A DNA stretch of 57,515 nucleotides from Gammaproteobacteria bacterium. GTDB taxonomy: Bacteria > Pseudomonadota > Gammaproteobacteria > SZUA-229. Position 1 is the stretch's first letter. Each line of letters opens with the position of its first letter. Of the stretch, positions 26,489 through 36,161 are shown in pieces. Under the pieces are notes generated by a model. It ran no database searches. It was given only the letters and a program-made list of their open reading frames with translations, and had not been told where the DNA came from. The translations under genes were made by a program, and so were the position numbers. The stretch covers positions 1 to 57,515 of the forward strand of contig JBFHPZ010000001.1 in the NCBI GenBank assembly GCA_041592495.1. Reading direction: 5' to 3'.

Positions 26489-27910
26489 TTAGGGGATGTT
26501 CTTGATAATCGGAGGACCGATGAGTTTGGTTAATGCCACCGGTAGCCGTTTCCAGGTGTTGATCATCAGTGCATATTTTTTATTGGTAGGATTGATCGCT
26601 GGCAAGGCTTCGCCTTCACGCAGCCAGTAATGCCAATAGGACTGTTTCGGTTCGGCTCCCCATTGACGTTTGAAGCGATAGGTGCCGGAATCGATAGAGG
26701 ATCTGCCGAAATCAAATATCTTGAATCCCTGGCTGACAGCATGCTGTAAGACCGACCAGTACAGGAGCATGTTGACGCTCAGATGATTCATATCCTGTCG
26801 GGAGGATGCCCAGGGGATTTCCAGTCTGTCGCGATAACCCATGAGAAAACCTGCTGCTACCGGCTTTCCGTTCAGGCGGACGGACACAATCCAGCAATGT
26901 TCTTCAAATGTTTTCAGGATGGCCTCAAAAAAATAGCGACCATAAACCGGTGTGCCAAGGTCGCGCATATTGCGACTGAAAACGGCATAGAAATCATTCA
27001 GTAGCTCAGCTTTGCCAACCCGGATATCCGGGTTTTCACGTTGTGGTCGCTTGATCTGGGCGCGTAGCTTGGGAGTGAAGCCGTTCCACAGGGCTTCAAT
27101 ACTGTCCGGGAGTTTCAATAACATGTTCACTTTTTCCGAGCGGACAGGCATGCCTTCGCGCGGAATATCGTCCCGGTACTCAATGTGCGAAACGCCCAGG
27201 GTGGTAGCGTACTGATTCGCCTGGTTAATCAACAGTTGTTCGATTTCCGGGTGATCGGCGATAGCGCCGCCGTAATTAAAATAAGGCATGGAAACCAGGA
27301 AATCGCCAAACAGGCGGCTATTGAGCCTTATCAAAGGCAATACGCCAAGGACGTTGTTTTCCGGGCCACGTGCCTGCAGGTAGTGGGCCGTGTGACCAAA
27401 TGTGGTTTTGACAAGATCGCGCCAGGCGGAAAGGTGATAAATACTGCTATGCGAATTCTGGGCTACATAGGTATCCCAGGCCTGGGTGTCTTCGCTCAAG
27501 GTATCAATCGTGATTTCCTGAGGTCTAATTTGGGCGAGCCGGTAGCGAGGAATTGCTTTTTCCTGCTGGCTCTTTGTTGACTCAGTGTCGTTCGCAAAAA
27601 ATTCCAGTAGCTGTTCTTCCCGCGACTTCTGGGTGCTTGCGAGCTGTTTTAACTGTTCAGATAACGTCTTCACCTTTGCCTTGAGAGGCTCAATGGGTTC
27701 ACCCGCGGCCTTGGCCTGACCGATCTGTCTGGACAAGCCTTTTCTGTCATCGTCCAGCGACTTTATATTGTCATTCAGGGAGTTCAGCTCGGTGGAGATT
27801 TGCTCGATTTCGGTGAGGGAGGCGCTATCGGGCGAGGGATTTCTTTCACGGTAGGCGGCAACGGGATCGGCAAGCAAGATCTTGCGTTCAGCTTTGGAGA
27901 AACCACTCAT
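26489..27910 (-). CDS. FemAB-related protein (PEP-CTERM-system-associated type) with an N-terminal seryl-tRNA-synthetase-arm-like coiled coil
   Basis: Residues from about 130 to 473 (IYHLSAWRDL...LPLIRLNSRLFGDFLVSMPYFNYGG...EIPWASS...FDFGRSS...YRFKRQWGAEP) fit the FemAB-related family. Residues from about 30 to 110 include LSRQIGQAKAAGEPIEPLKAKVKTLSEQLKQL, which resembles the SerRS N-terminal arm. Confidence 0.8.
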   Translation of the reverse strand: MSGFSKAERKILLADPVAAYRERNPSPDSASLTEIEQISTELNSLNDNIKSLDDDRKGLSRQIGQAKAAGEPIEPLKAKVKTLSEQLKQLASTQKSREEQLLEFFANDTESTKSQQEKAIPRYRLAQIRPQEITIDTLSEDTQAWDTYVAQNSHSSIYHLSAWRDLVKTTFGHTAHYLQARGPENNVLGVLPLIRLNSRLFGDFLVSMPYFNYGGAIADHPEIEQLLINQANQYATTLGVSHIEYRDDIPREGMPVRSEKVNMLLKLPDSIEALWNGFTPKLRAQIKRPQRENPDIRVGKAELLNDFYAVFSRNMRDLGTPVYGRYFFEAILKTFEEHCWIVSVRLNGKPVAAGFLMGYRDRLEIPWASSRQDMNHLSVNMLLYWSVLQHAVSQGFKIFDFGRSSIDSGTYRFKRQWGAEPKQSYWHYWLREGEALPAINPTNKKYALMINTWKRLPVALTKLIGPPIIKNIP

Positions 27911-27925
27911 GTAGCGATCAAATCC

Positions 27926-28960
27926 TTAAATCCATCCTGAAAGTCGGGCGAGAAATGCCGTTTTGTCTGAGGCTATATCGTTATGAACCCCGATTCGCTT
28001 TAACAGGTGTGCGTCAGAGGTTGCGTTGTTCCAGCCGGATTCGGTAGTGACGGCTGTACGGTAGAGGGATTTCACCAGGGACAGGGCTTCTGGCGAGTAA
28101 TCGCCGTTCGGAAAGCAAAAGGCCGAAACCGGTCGCTCGATGCTCTGTTCGATATGGGTTTTACAGTCACCTATCTCATGCCTCAGCACGTCAGCGGCAA
28201 GCCCGCTATTCAGGCGAATGTGATTGCAGGTATGACTGCCGAATTCAATCAGCCCCGATGCCTGCATTTCCTGTACTTGTTGCCAGTTGAGTAATGCCGC
28301 CGACGTGGTGGCGTTATTCAGGCCAAGTAATTTCTCAATCTGGTCCAGGCGGATATGGATGTCGTCGTCATTAAGGCTTTTGGCGGTGGCTATAAGCTGA
28401 CTAAGTTGCTCCCGGCTGGGTGCCTTGCTACCGAAGTTAAAACTGGTGTCCGCGCGGGTTAACCATTCCAGATCGGGTGAAGACCAGAGCTCGGGTTTTT
28501 CACTCGAAATCTGCGTGGCAATACGAGCCAGCCGTTCAGGCCAGAATTCACGTTGAGTGTTGATCATTTCCGACACCAGGAAAATGGTGGCTGGAATCTC
28601 GCGTTTTTTTAGTATGGGGTAAGCAAACTCGTAATTATCCGCCCAGCCGTCATCGAAGGTGATGGCGCAGGCCTTGGCCGGCAGTTTCTCGCCATTTTCC
28701 CGCGCCTTGATCCACTCCGCGAGCGAAACAACGTCAAAAAGCCTTTCAATCTCCCGCAGGTTGCTTTCCAGCGTTGCCGGGGTGACGACCATGCCAGGTT
28801 CTTCCTGTAGGTAGCGTGGATCGTTTTCCGGTAACACGCGGTGATACATCAATATGACGAGCGCGGGACTGGAAGGAGTGCGCTTGTGTGGGCCGAAATT
28901 AGCCGCGGCATATTGAACGCCGCGCTTGATCAGCTGTTTGATTGAGTGACTGACAGACAT
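27926..28960 (-). CDS. Polysaccharide deacetylase (NodB homology domain)
   Basis: CAITFDDGWADNYEFAYPILKKREIPATIFLV and EFGSHTCNHIRL. Start taken at ATG 28960 (MSVSHSIKQL). Confidence 0.8.
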   Translation of the reverse strand: MSVSHSIKQLIKRGVQYAAANFGPHKRTPSSPALVILMYHRVLPENDPRYLQEEPGMVVTPATLESNLREIERLFDVVSLAEWIKARENGEKLPAKACAITFDDGWADNYEFAYPILKKREIPATIFLVSEMINTQREFWPERLARIATQISSEKPELWSSPDLEWLTRADTSFNFGSKAPSREQLSQLIATAKSLNDDDIHIRLDQIEKLLGLNNATTSAALLNWQQVQEMQASGLIEFGSHTCNHIRLNSGLAADVLRHEIGDCKTHIEQSIERPVSAFCFPNGDYSPEALSLVKSLYRTAVTTESGWNNATSDAHLLKRIGVHNDIASDKTAFLARLSGWI

Positions 28961-29037
28961 TCGGGAAATGATGATTTCGCAGGTTTCGGGTATCGTATAA
29001 ACTATTGTCCATCCGATAGCGAAAAACAACAAGTCCT

Positions 29038-30144
29038 GTGAAAACCATTCTTCATGTCATAGATACCACGGGTCCCGGTGGTGCGGAAACAGTCTTCATT
29101 GATCTGCTCAGTGGTCTGGATAAGTCGCGATACCGCTCGCTGGTTCTGATCCGCGGACCTGGTTGGGTTTGCGATGAACTGAAGCGACGCGGCTTCGAGC
29201 CGATCATTCTTGATGCCAAGGGGTCGTTTAACTGGCGCTATCTGCTCGCGATCGTGAAGCTTATCCGTTCCGAAAAGGTTGATCTCATCCAGTCGCATTT
29301 ACTCGGGTCCAACGTATATTGCGCACTGGCTGGTTTGATAGCGCGCTGTCCGGTGGTTGCGACCTTTCATGGCGCGGTGGATATTGCCTCAAAAGAACGA
29401 TTCATGGGGGCAAAATTTGCAGCAATTAACCTTGGCGCCAGCGCGATTATTGCTGTATCCGAGAATCTTAAACGGGATATCGTCGAGAGGACACCGCTAA
29501 GGGCGAGCAAAACACGCGTAATTTATAACGGGGTTGATATCGAGGCTTTCCAGTTGCCACGGTCATCCGAGCTTCGTCAGCAGCATGGGTTACCCGACGA
29601 TTGCGTGATTATTGGTTCCCTGGGGAATATTCGTCCCGCCAAGGGCTATGATGTGCTGATCCGGGCTGCGGCACGAATCAAGGATACCCGGCCCGAGGTA
29701 CGGTTCGTGATTGCCGGGCAGGGGAGAAAGGGTTTGTCCGAACAACTGGAAGCGCTGCGCAGGGAACTGGGCGTTGAGGAGCAGGTGATATTTCATGGAT
29801 TCGCGGGCGATCCGGCGGCATTCCTGGCCAATCTGGATCTGTTCCTGTTGCCGTCGACTTCAGAGGGATTCTCCATTGCGACCATTCAGGCCATGGCGGC
29901 TGGCTTGCCGGTGATTGTCACCCGTAGCGGAGGCCCCCAGGAAATTGTCACGCACAACGACGACGGCTGGATGGTAGAACCGGGCAGACCGGACGAAATT
30001 GCCGATGCGGTTGCGCGACTGGTTTCTGATCCGCCGCTGCGCCAGCGATTGGCGGATCAGGGTAGAACACGTGTGGAGTCGACCTTCAGCCTGGCAGCCA
30101 TGCTCCAGGCCTACTACAGTCTCTACGAGACGTTATTGGCCTAG
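29038..30144 (+). CDS. Glycosyltransferase family 4 (GT-B)
   Basis: ILHVIDTTGPGGAETVFIDL at the N-terminus and C-terminal LLPSTSEGFSIATIQAMAAGLPVIVTRSGGPQEIV (E-x7-E region). GTG start. Confidence 0.85.
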   Translation: MKTILHVIDTTGPGGAETVFIDLLSGLDKSRYRSLVLIRGPGWVCDELKRRGFEPIILDAKGSFNWRYLLAIVKLIRSEKVDLIQSHLLGSNVYCALAGLIARCPVVATFHGAVDIASKERFMGAKFAAINLGASAIIAVSENLKRDIVERTPLRASKTRVIYNGVDIEAFQLPRSSELRQQHGLPDDCVIIGSLGNIRPAKGYDVLIRAAARIKDTRPEVRFVIAGQGRKGLSEQLEALRRELGVEEQVIFHGFAGDPAAFLANLDLFLLPSTSEGFSIATIQAMAAGLPVIVTRSGGPQEIVTHNDDGWMVEPGRPDEIADAVARLVSDPPLRQRLADQGRTRVESTFSLAAMLQAYYSLYETLLA

Positions 30145-31313
30145 TTGCGCAGGTCCCGCAGATATTTCTTTAATTCGTACCAGAATGGACCCAGGTCATC
30201 CCAGCGATTGACCTCGTGCCGGGTGGTAAAGAATGAAGGCGTTAGAAAGGTCGTCAGCTGCTTCAGTTTGACAGGCCAGCCAGTGCGCCTGTCCTTGAAA
30301 CTGATATATAGGCTATCCAGATCACCCAGTAGCCATCGCAGTCTTCGGCCTAGTCGGTAGTTCATCTGGGGTTGAGGATGTGCGCCGTCAAGCAGCTGAT
30401 AGAGTAAATAAGGAAAATCCACTCCTGAATCAATGGCGAGCTGGAGCGAACCCCAGAAGCGGGTATTAATTTCCATCAGGTAGGGCGTGCCGTCATTGCC
30501 GACTTTGAATTCCACCATGGCGACGCCGTGCCACTTAACTTCATCCAGCAGCGATCTGGCGGCTGCCAGCAGTTTTTCGTCCAGCGGACAACTTTCGGAG
30601 AGGACACTGACGCCCCCCCAGGGTGGTTTTTCCCGCAGTCGTCGATGGGAAAAGAATGCCAGCGGTTTGCCATGATCATACAGGGCAAATATTCCCTGGC
30701 CTGTTCCGGTAACACATTCCTGAAACAGGAAGCGTTCATACTGAAATCCGGGATCGGTTTCCAGGTAATGTCTGACTTCGTCGGCACTGGCAGCTATTCT
30801 CACACTGCTTCGGAACCAGCCGGATGGGGCAGGCTGCCAGGACCTGCCGGGCTTCATGACCAGGGGGTACGGCAACGAATCCAGATCAAGGGAGAGATTC
30901 CGCGGATCATCGATGTACCAGGTTCTGGGTATTACTACATCCAACCCAGTGGCCAGCTGCATGAGATTGTATTTGTCGGCAACGCTGTTAACGGTTGTTG
31001 CAGCTGCAAATGGAAGCAAGACGCCGCTGAGTCGTTCCTTGTGCTCAAGGAGTAGTTGAGTTGTTAACTCCGTCATTGGGAGCAGGATATCGATCTTCTG
31101 TTCGGTACAGATTGTCGCGATACTGTCGATGAAGTCTGCAGGAGACTCGGTAGGCGAACCATATTGTCGATATGCCTGAGGGTAACGGGAATTGCCGGCC
31201 AGGGCCTCGGATGTGGTATCCGCCGTAATAAGAGGGACGCCCTGCCTGCCGAGGGAACGGGTAACCGCAAGCGCGCTGCGCTGGTTGGCATCGAGGATCA
31301 GGACTTTTTTCAT
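30141..31313 (-). CDS. ATP-grasp family carboxylate-amine ligase-like enzyme
   Basis: MKKVLILDANQRSALAVTRSLGRQG, PLVMKPGRSW and HGVAMVEFKVGNDGTPYLMEINTRFWGSLQL are ATP-grasp signatures. Confidence 0.8.
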   Translation of the reverse strand: MKKVLILDANQRSALAVTRSLGRQGVPLITADTTSEALAGNSRYPQAYRQYGSPTESPADFIDSIATICTEQKIDILLPMTELTTQLLLEHKERLSGVLLPFAAATTVNSVADKYNLMQLATGLDVVIPRTWYIDDPRNLSLDLDSLPYPLVMKPGRSWQPAPSGWFRSSVRIAASADEVRHYLETDPGFQYERFLFQECVTGTGQGIFALYDHGKPLAFFSHRRLREKPPWGGVSVLSESCPLDEKLLAAARSLLDEVKWHGVAMVEFKVGNDGTPYLMEINTRFWGSLQLAIDSGVDFPYLLYQLLDGAHPQPQMNYRLGRRLRWLLGDLDSLYISFKDRRTGWPVKLKQLTTFLTPSFFTTRHEVNRWDDLGPFWYELKKYLRDLRN

Positions 31314-31423
31314 GGCATTATTGTGAGCTGTTCGTCTATGAAAAATGAGATTTGAAAATTATACTGATTTCTGGGTATATTAGGTAGCTTATTGATTATG
31401 AAAGAATTCACTCTGGAACGCTT

Positions 31424-31978
31424 TTGACAAATCCACTTTCAACCCGGATAGCTCACCGTTACGGTTCTAAAAGAGGGATGCTTCGTACCCAGTGGTACCG
31501 ATTACTCTATCTTCTTGGGTTCTATCAGAAGTATCAACGAGTAGATTGGGCGGGGGTAAAGCGCCTGGTGTTTGTTTGTAAGGGAAATATCTGCCGGAGT
31601 GCTTTTGGCGAGGCGGTGGCGAAAGCGAAGGGGATTTCCGCTGCCTCATTCGGTATCGATACGATTGATGATGCCCCGGCAAATGCAACTGCGATAGAGG
31701 TTGCGCACGAGAAAGGCATCGATCTTACTTCGCACCGTACTCGTCAAATATCAGGATATAAGTATCAGGAAGGGGATTTATTGTTGGCGATGGAGCCGTG
31801 GCAGGCGAGCATTTTGGAAGACCAGTTTGGTAAAAATACGCAAATAACACTGCTGGGGATCTGGGCAGAGGTCAAGTTACCGCACCTGGGGGATCCTTTT
31901 AATACTTCTCTTGAATATTTCCAGCGGTGCTTCAGTTTAATATCTGCAAATGTAAGCAGTATATCCTCCCGGTTTTAG
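31424..31978 (+). CDS. Low-molecular-weight protein-tyrosine phosphatase
   Basis: P-loop VFVCKGNICRSAFGE (CX5R-S) and a downstream DP loop (HLGDPF). The start is uncertain: TTG 31424 versus ATG 31478. Confidence 0.75.
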   Translation: MTNPLSTRIAHRYGSKRGMLRTQWYRLLYLLGFYQKYQRVDWAGVKRLVFVCKGNICRSAFGEAVAKAKGISAASFGIDTIDDAPANATAIEVAHEKGIDLTSHRTRQISGYKYQEGDLLLAMEPWQASILEDQFGKNTQITLLGIWAEVKLPHLGDPFNTSLEYFQRCFSLISANVSSISSRF

Positions 31979-32064
31979 AAAAGGGATGTAAAAAATCCGC
32001 ATGGATTTTCGAAGAAATATAGTCAATTCCATTCCGAATAGTTAATAAGGTTAAGGATTTAGTA

Positions 32065-33258
32065 ATGAAAATACTTATGGTGTGGGATGGTGATTATCCT
32101 TGGGACGTGCGAGTTGAAAAAGTATGCACTTCATTTCTAGAAAATGGCGATGCTGTATCGTTGCTAAGTAGAAATTCTAAAGGACTTCCTCTCCGAGAGA
32201 ACATTCAGGGGTTATCTGTTAGAAGAGTGTTTGGATTTCAAAAAAGATTAAAAAGTCTAAATAAAATTTTGTCATTCCCCTTTTTTCTGTCACCAGTCTG
32301 GTTGTGGGGGATATATAAAAGTATTAAAGAAACACAGCCTGATTTAATCATCATTCGAGATTTGCCGATGGCTTTAGGGGTTTTGGCTATTTCTAAGCCA
32401 ATGAATATACCTACGGTATTAGATATGGCTGAATGTTATCCAGAAATGCTCAGATGCATCTGGAAATTTGAAAAGTTTCGCTGGCAGAATATTTTTGTAA
32501 GAAACCCTAAATTGGCTGATATTGTTGAGAAAGTAACAGTCCGTAATGTAGATATGAATTGGGTTATGGTTGAGGAGTCAGCGCGACGTCTTGTTAGAAT
32601 GGGAGTTGATTTAACGCGGATTACTATTGTTAGTAATACACCAAAAATCAAGGATGAGAGTGGTGTAGAGCATCAAAAAAGAAATGAAGACGCCATTTTA
32701 ACGAATATTTCTTACATAGGGCTAATAAACCCATCTCGTGGGCTTGCTACTGTGCTAGAAGCGGCCGTGCTTCTAAAAAAAGATCAAATTCCAGTGCATT
32801 TTACAATTGTAGGCTCAGGTAAACAGCTTGACGAACTGAAAAAGTTTGTTGAAGAAAATGATCTGAATTCCATAGTGAGTTTGCTTGGATGGATTGATCG
32901 AGATAAGGCAGAGGCTGTGATTGAGAAAGCTGATATTGGTATTGTTCCACATTACAAATGTTCGCATTGGGATAATACCATACCGAATAAGCTTTTTGAT
33001 TATATGAATCTGGGTGTTCCCGTTCTTTCTTCAGATACAATTCCTGTAGAGCGTATTATTTCTGAAACGCAGTGTGGCCTTATATACCGAGATACTGATC
33101 CTGCTGACCTGGCGGAAAAAGTTAAAGAGTTACTTGATGTAAGGAAGAGGGCCTGGCTTGGCAGTAATGGTAAGAAGGCTATTGCTGATAAATACAATTG
33201 GCAAATAGATAGTAAATTACTTGTTGAGTCCGCACTCGGTTTGCTTAAACAGAGATAG
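32065..33258 (+). CDS. Glycosyltransferase family 4 (GT-B)
   Basis: MKILMVWDGDYPWDVRVEKV at the N-terminus. The C-terminus has typical GT-B architecture, including IPNKLFDYMNLGVPVLSSD. Confidence 0.75.
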   Translation: MKILMVWDGDYPWDVRVEKVCTSFLENGDAVSLLSRNSKGLPLRENIQGLSVRRVFGFQKRLKSLNKILSFPFFLSPVWLWGIYKSIKETQPDLIIIRDLPMALGVLAISKPMNIPTVLDMAECYPEMLRCIWKFEKFRWQNIFVRNPKLADIVEKVTVRNVDMNWVMVEESARRLVRMGVDLTRITIVSNTPKIKDESGVEHQKRNEDAILTNISYIGLINPSRGLATVLEAAVLLKKDQIPVHFTIVGSGKQLDELKKFVEENDLNSIVSLLGWIDRDKAEAVIEKADIGIVPHYKCSHWDNTIPNKLFDYMNLGVPVLSSDTIPVERIISETQCGLIYRDTDPADLAEKVKELLDVRKRAWLGSNGKKAIADKYNWQIDSKLLVESALGLLKQR

Positions 33259-33268
33259 AGTTCTTTAT

Positions 33269-34594
33269 ATGCATCGCCTGCTATCTAAATATTTACTATA
33301 TTATCCAGTCACGCTCTTGAAGGGGGAGTTAGTAGCGGCATATATGCCATTTTATAATAATTTCCAAAACAAAACAGCAGATGAAATTCAGGCGTATCAA
33401 TTAAAAAGTTTTAAACGCATTGTTGAGTATGCTTTTAAGAATAATCAATTTTATAAACAGCATTACGGGTCTGGGTTTTCGTTGGCGGATATCCGCTCAC
33501 TTGACGATTTAAAACAAATACCAACAATAACAAAGAATGATTTGATCGGAAGTATCAGTGAGCTTTCAAGCACAAAGAATTTGTTCTCTTCCTCAAAAAC
33601 AACGGGCGGTTCAACTGGGCAGCCTGTACGATTATATAAATCTCCTGATGCTTTAGCTCGTGAAAGAGCGGCTACTTGGCGAGCATATCAATGGGCGGGA
33701 ATTGAAATTGGAGATGCACAAGCAAGATTTTGGGGTGTGCCTCACTCTCAATCAGGAAGATTTAAGGCGCGAATTGCGGATTTTGCTGCAAACAGACTCA
33801 GGATGTCGGCTTTCCAGATAACAGGTGAAAACCTTTCCAAATACTATAAGGATATACACAGATTTGGCCCGGCATACTTATATGGTTATGTTAGTGCGAT
33901 TGATGAATTGGCTAAATTTGTAATTAGTGAAAATCTATCTCCATTCCCATCCCTGAAGTCTGTAATAACTACATCAGAGGTATTAACTGATACCGCCAGG
34001 AGCCGAATTTGCAATGCTTTTGGTGTCAAGGTTTATAATGAATATGGGTGTGGTGAAGTGGGTTCGATTGCTCATGAATGTGAACATGGCTCAATGCATC
34101 AGATGGCAGATAACTTAATTGTTGAGGTCGATTCTCCACCAGGTGAGCCAGGTGAAATCATAGTTACAGATCTGTTCAATAAGGCTACACCACTCATAAG
34201 GTACCGACTAGGGGATTATGCGACCTTTGATAACTCAAAGTGCTTATGTGGTAGATCGCTACCCGTGATATCAGCAATACATGGGAGAGCTTATGATTTG
34301 ATTAGGACGATCTCGGGGAAAATGATACATCCTGAATCTTTGATTTATGTTGTTGAGGGGCTACAACAAGAAACAATGGCTTTTAGGCAGTTCCAGGCGG
34401 TTCAGGAAACTTTATCTAAAATAACTATATCTATAGTCCCATCTGAAAAATTCTCGGACAGCGTTGTTAACAGATTAATCGCATTGTTGAAAAATGATGT
34501 TGATTCAAGTATTGATTATGAAATTCAACTTTGTAATGAAATTCAACGGGAAAGCTCGGGTAAGATGAGGCTTGTGAAGGGATTGAAAAACTAG
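33269..34594 (+). CDS. Phenylacetate-CoA ligase-like / CapK-type adenylate-forming enzyme
   Basis: IPTITKNDL, the AMP motif SSKTTGGSTGQPV, and YNEYGCGEVG...GRAYD. Start at ATG 33269 (MHRLLSKY). Confidence 0.75.
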   Translation: MHRLLSKYLLYYPVTLLKGELVAAYMPFYNNFQNKTADEIQAYQLKSFKRIVEYAFKNNQFYKQHYGSGFSLADIRSLDDLKQIPTITKNDLIGSISELSSTKNLFSSSKTTGGSTGQPVRLYKSPDALARERAATWRAYQWAGIEIGDAQARFWGVPHSQSGRFKARIADFAANRLRMSAFQITGENLSKYYKDIHRFGPAYLYGYVSAIDELAKFVISENLSPFPSLKSVITTSEVLTDTARSRICNAFGVKVYNEYGCGEVGSIAHECEHGSMHQMADNLIVEVDSPPGEPGEIIVTDLFNKATPLIRYRLGDYATFDNSKCLCGRSLPVISAIHGRAYDLIRTISGKMIHPESLIYVVEGLQQETMAFRQFQAVQETLSKITISIVPSEKFSDSVVNRLIALLKNDVDSSIDYEIQLCNEIQRESSGKMRLVKGLKN

Positions 34595-34613
34595 AAGAGC
34601 GGGATGTTGATAT

Positions 34614-35819
34614 TTAGCTTGATATGAGTTGGTTATATACTTTTTCAATCCCTGAAGCTTGATTAGCCGGGCTAAATGTACTCGTTACACGCAAATATGC
34701 TTGGTTACCCATTTGCTCCGCCTTCTGGTCATTGCTAAGAATTTCTAGCATCGCAGATGCAAGAGACTGGGTATCAAATGGGTCAACGATCAAGCCCTCC
34801 ACACCATTATTAATGATCTCGGGCGGTGTCCCAAGGTTTGAAACAATTACGGGTTTCTTGTGCGACATTGCCTCAACAATTACAAGGCCAAAAGGCTCTG
34901 GAGTAATTGAGCAATGCACAATCAGATCTGATGCTTCATAAAAAGGATGAACATTGTTTTGGTAGCCGACAAAAACAACTTTATCTGACAGGCCAGAACT
35001 GTTTGTAAAATCCTTAAGATAATCGATGTAGGATGTATCGATGTCGTCTGCCGAGTCTCCAATGATCAGCACTTTAACTCCAGGAAACTTCTGCACAAGT
35101 AAAGAAACTGCTAGCAAAAATTCTTTCTGTCCTTTCCACTTAACAACTCTGCCGAAAAAACCTATAACTTTATCGTGAGAGTTTATGTTATATCTCTCTT
35201 TTAATGCATTTACATCCTCCCTGGGAACTGAGACAACATCCGCGGCGTTATACACAACCGATATCTTATTGCCTTCAAAACCGCTAGCGATTAAATTTTG
35301 GCGTACATACTGTGATATAGCGATAAAACGATCACAACCATGTAATAAGCGGCTATATCTCTCAGCACCCAATATCCCCGTGCTATGTATATGCGCAACA
35401 AAAGGGCCTTTAAATATCTTTGCCAAGATAAGCCCAAAATAGCCGTTATTAACATGAAAAAGAGCTGGTTTTTCCGCAAATAAAACACGAATGACATTAA
35501 AGTAATATTTGAGGTTTAATATATAAGAAATACCGACAAACCCATAAATTAGAATTTTCTTTATGATGGTAGGTAAGCTTTCAATTTTAGACTTAAATAG
35601 CATGATGCTTGTATAGTCAATACTCTTCTTCAAAGAAACGATCTTCGTGTTTGAAGAAAACTTGCCGGTGAGTGTTTTTTCATCGACCGATGAAACAAAA
35701 ACAAATTTGTATTTATCAGGAGCAAAAGTTCTGGTAAAAAGAGATGTCACCTCAATTGTACCGCCATACGTTCTCGCTTCATCAAGTATCAGAATTGTTT
35801 TAGCGTTATTCATGCTCAC
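34614..35819 (-). CDS. Glycosyltransferase family 4 (GT-B)
   Basis: C-terminal HCSITPEPFGLVIVEAMSHKKPVIVSNLGTPPEII (E-x7-E type). Confidence 0.8.
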   Translation of the reverse strand: MSMNNAKTILILDEARTYGGTIEVTSLFTRTFAPDKYKFVFVSSVDEKTLTGKFSSNTKIVSLKKSIDYTSIMLFKSKIESLPTIIKKILIYGFVGISYILNLKYYFNVIRVLFAEKPALFHVNNGYFGLILAKIFKGPFVAHIHSTGILGAERYSRLLHGCDRFIAISQYVRQNLIASGFEGNKISVVYNAADVVSVPREDVNALKERYNINSHDKVIGFFGRVVKWKGQKEFLLAVSLLVQKFPGVKVLIIGDSADDIDTSYIDYLKDFTNSSGLSDKVVFVGYQNNVHPFYEASDLIVHCSITPEPFGLVIVEAMSHKKPVIVSNLGTPPEIINNGVEGLIVDPFDTQSLASAMLEILSNDQKAEQMGNQAYLRVTSTFSPANQASGIEKVYNQLISS

Positions 35820-36161
35820 AGTAACTCATTCCTAAAATCCAACCCAAACAAACATGGTTAATGTATTTAGTAGGGCCCCATATGTGAATGAAAAAATTCA
35901 GAGGCCTATTGACCTTTTCTAATTCGTCAGGTTATATGTCGATCCCCTTGGCCCCGGGGGCGACCCTTAAGTATACTGTGCCGGATGCATTCGCGAAACA
36001 GCTTTATGTAAAGTATATTGTGGGCATATAGGACATTTAAGACGTAGGCACGTAAAATCATATCGAGCAATCTTAAGTTTAAATGAATGAATAATTCTGA
36101 TATTTAAAAATCATATAACCGATTCGATTTGTTATAACGAATTTCTAGCTTCAATAATGAA

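Noticed and set aside
30141-30144. Convergent genes sharing stop codons (CTAG read as TAG on both strands), and the 11-bp convergent overlap at 17772-17782
   Set aside because: These are curiosities of compact gene packing. They imply no terminator between the pairs, but they are not evidence of a special mechanism.
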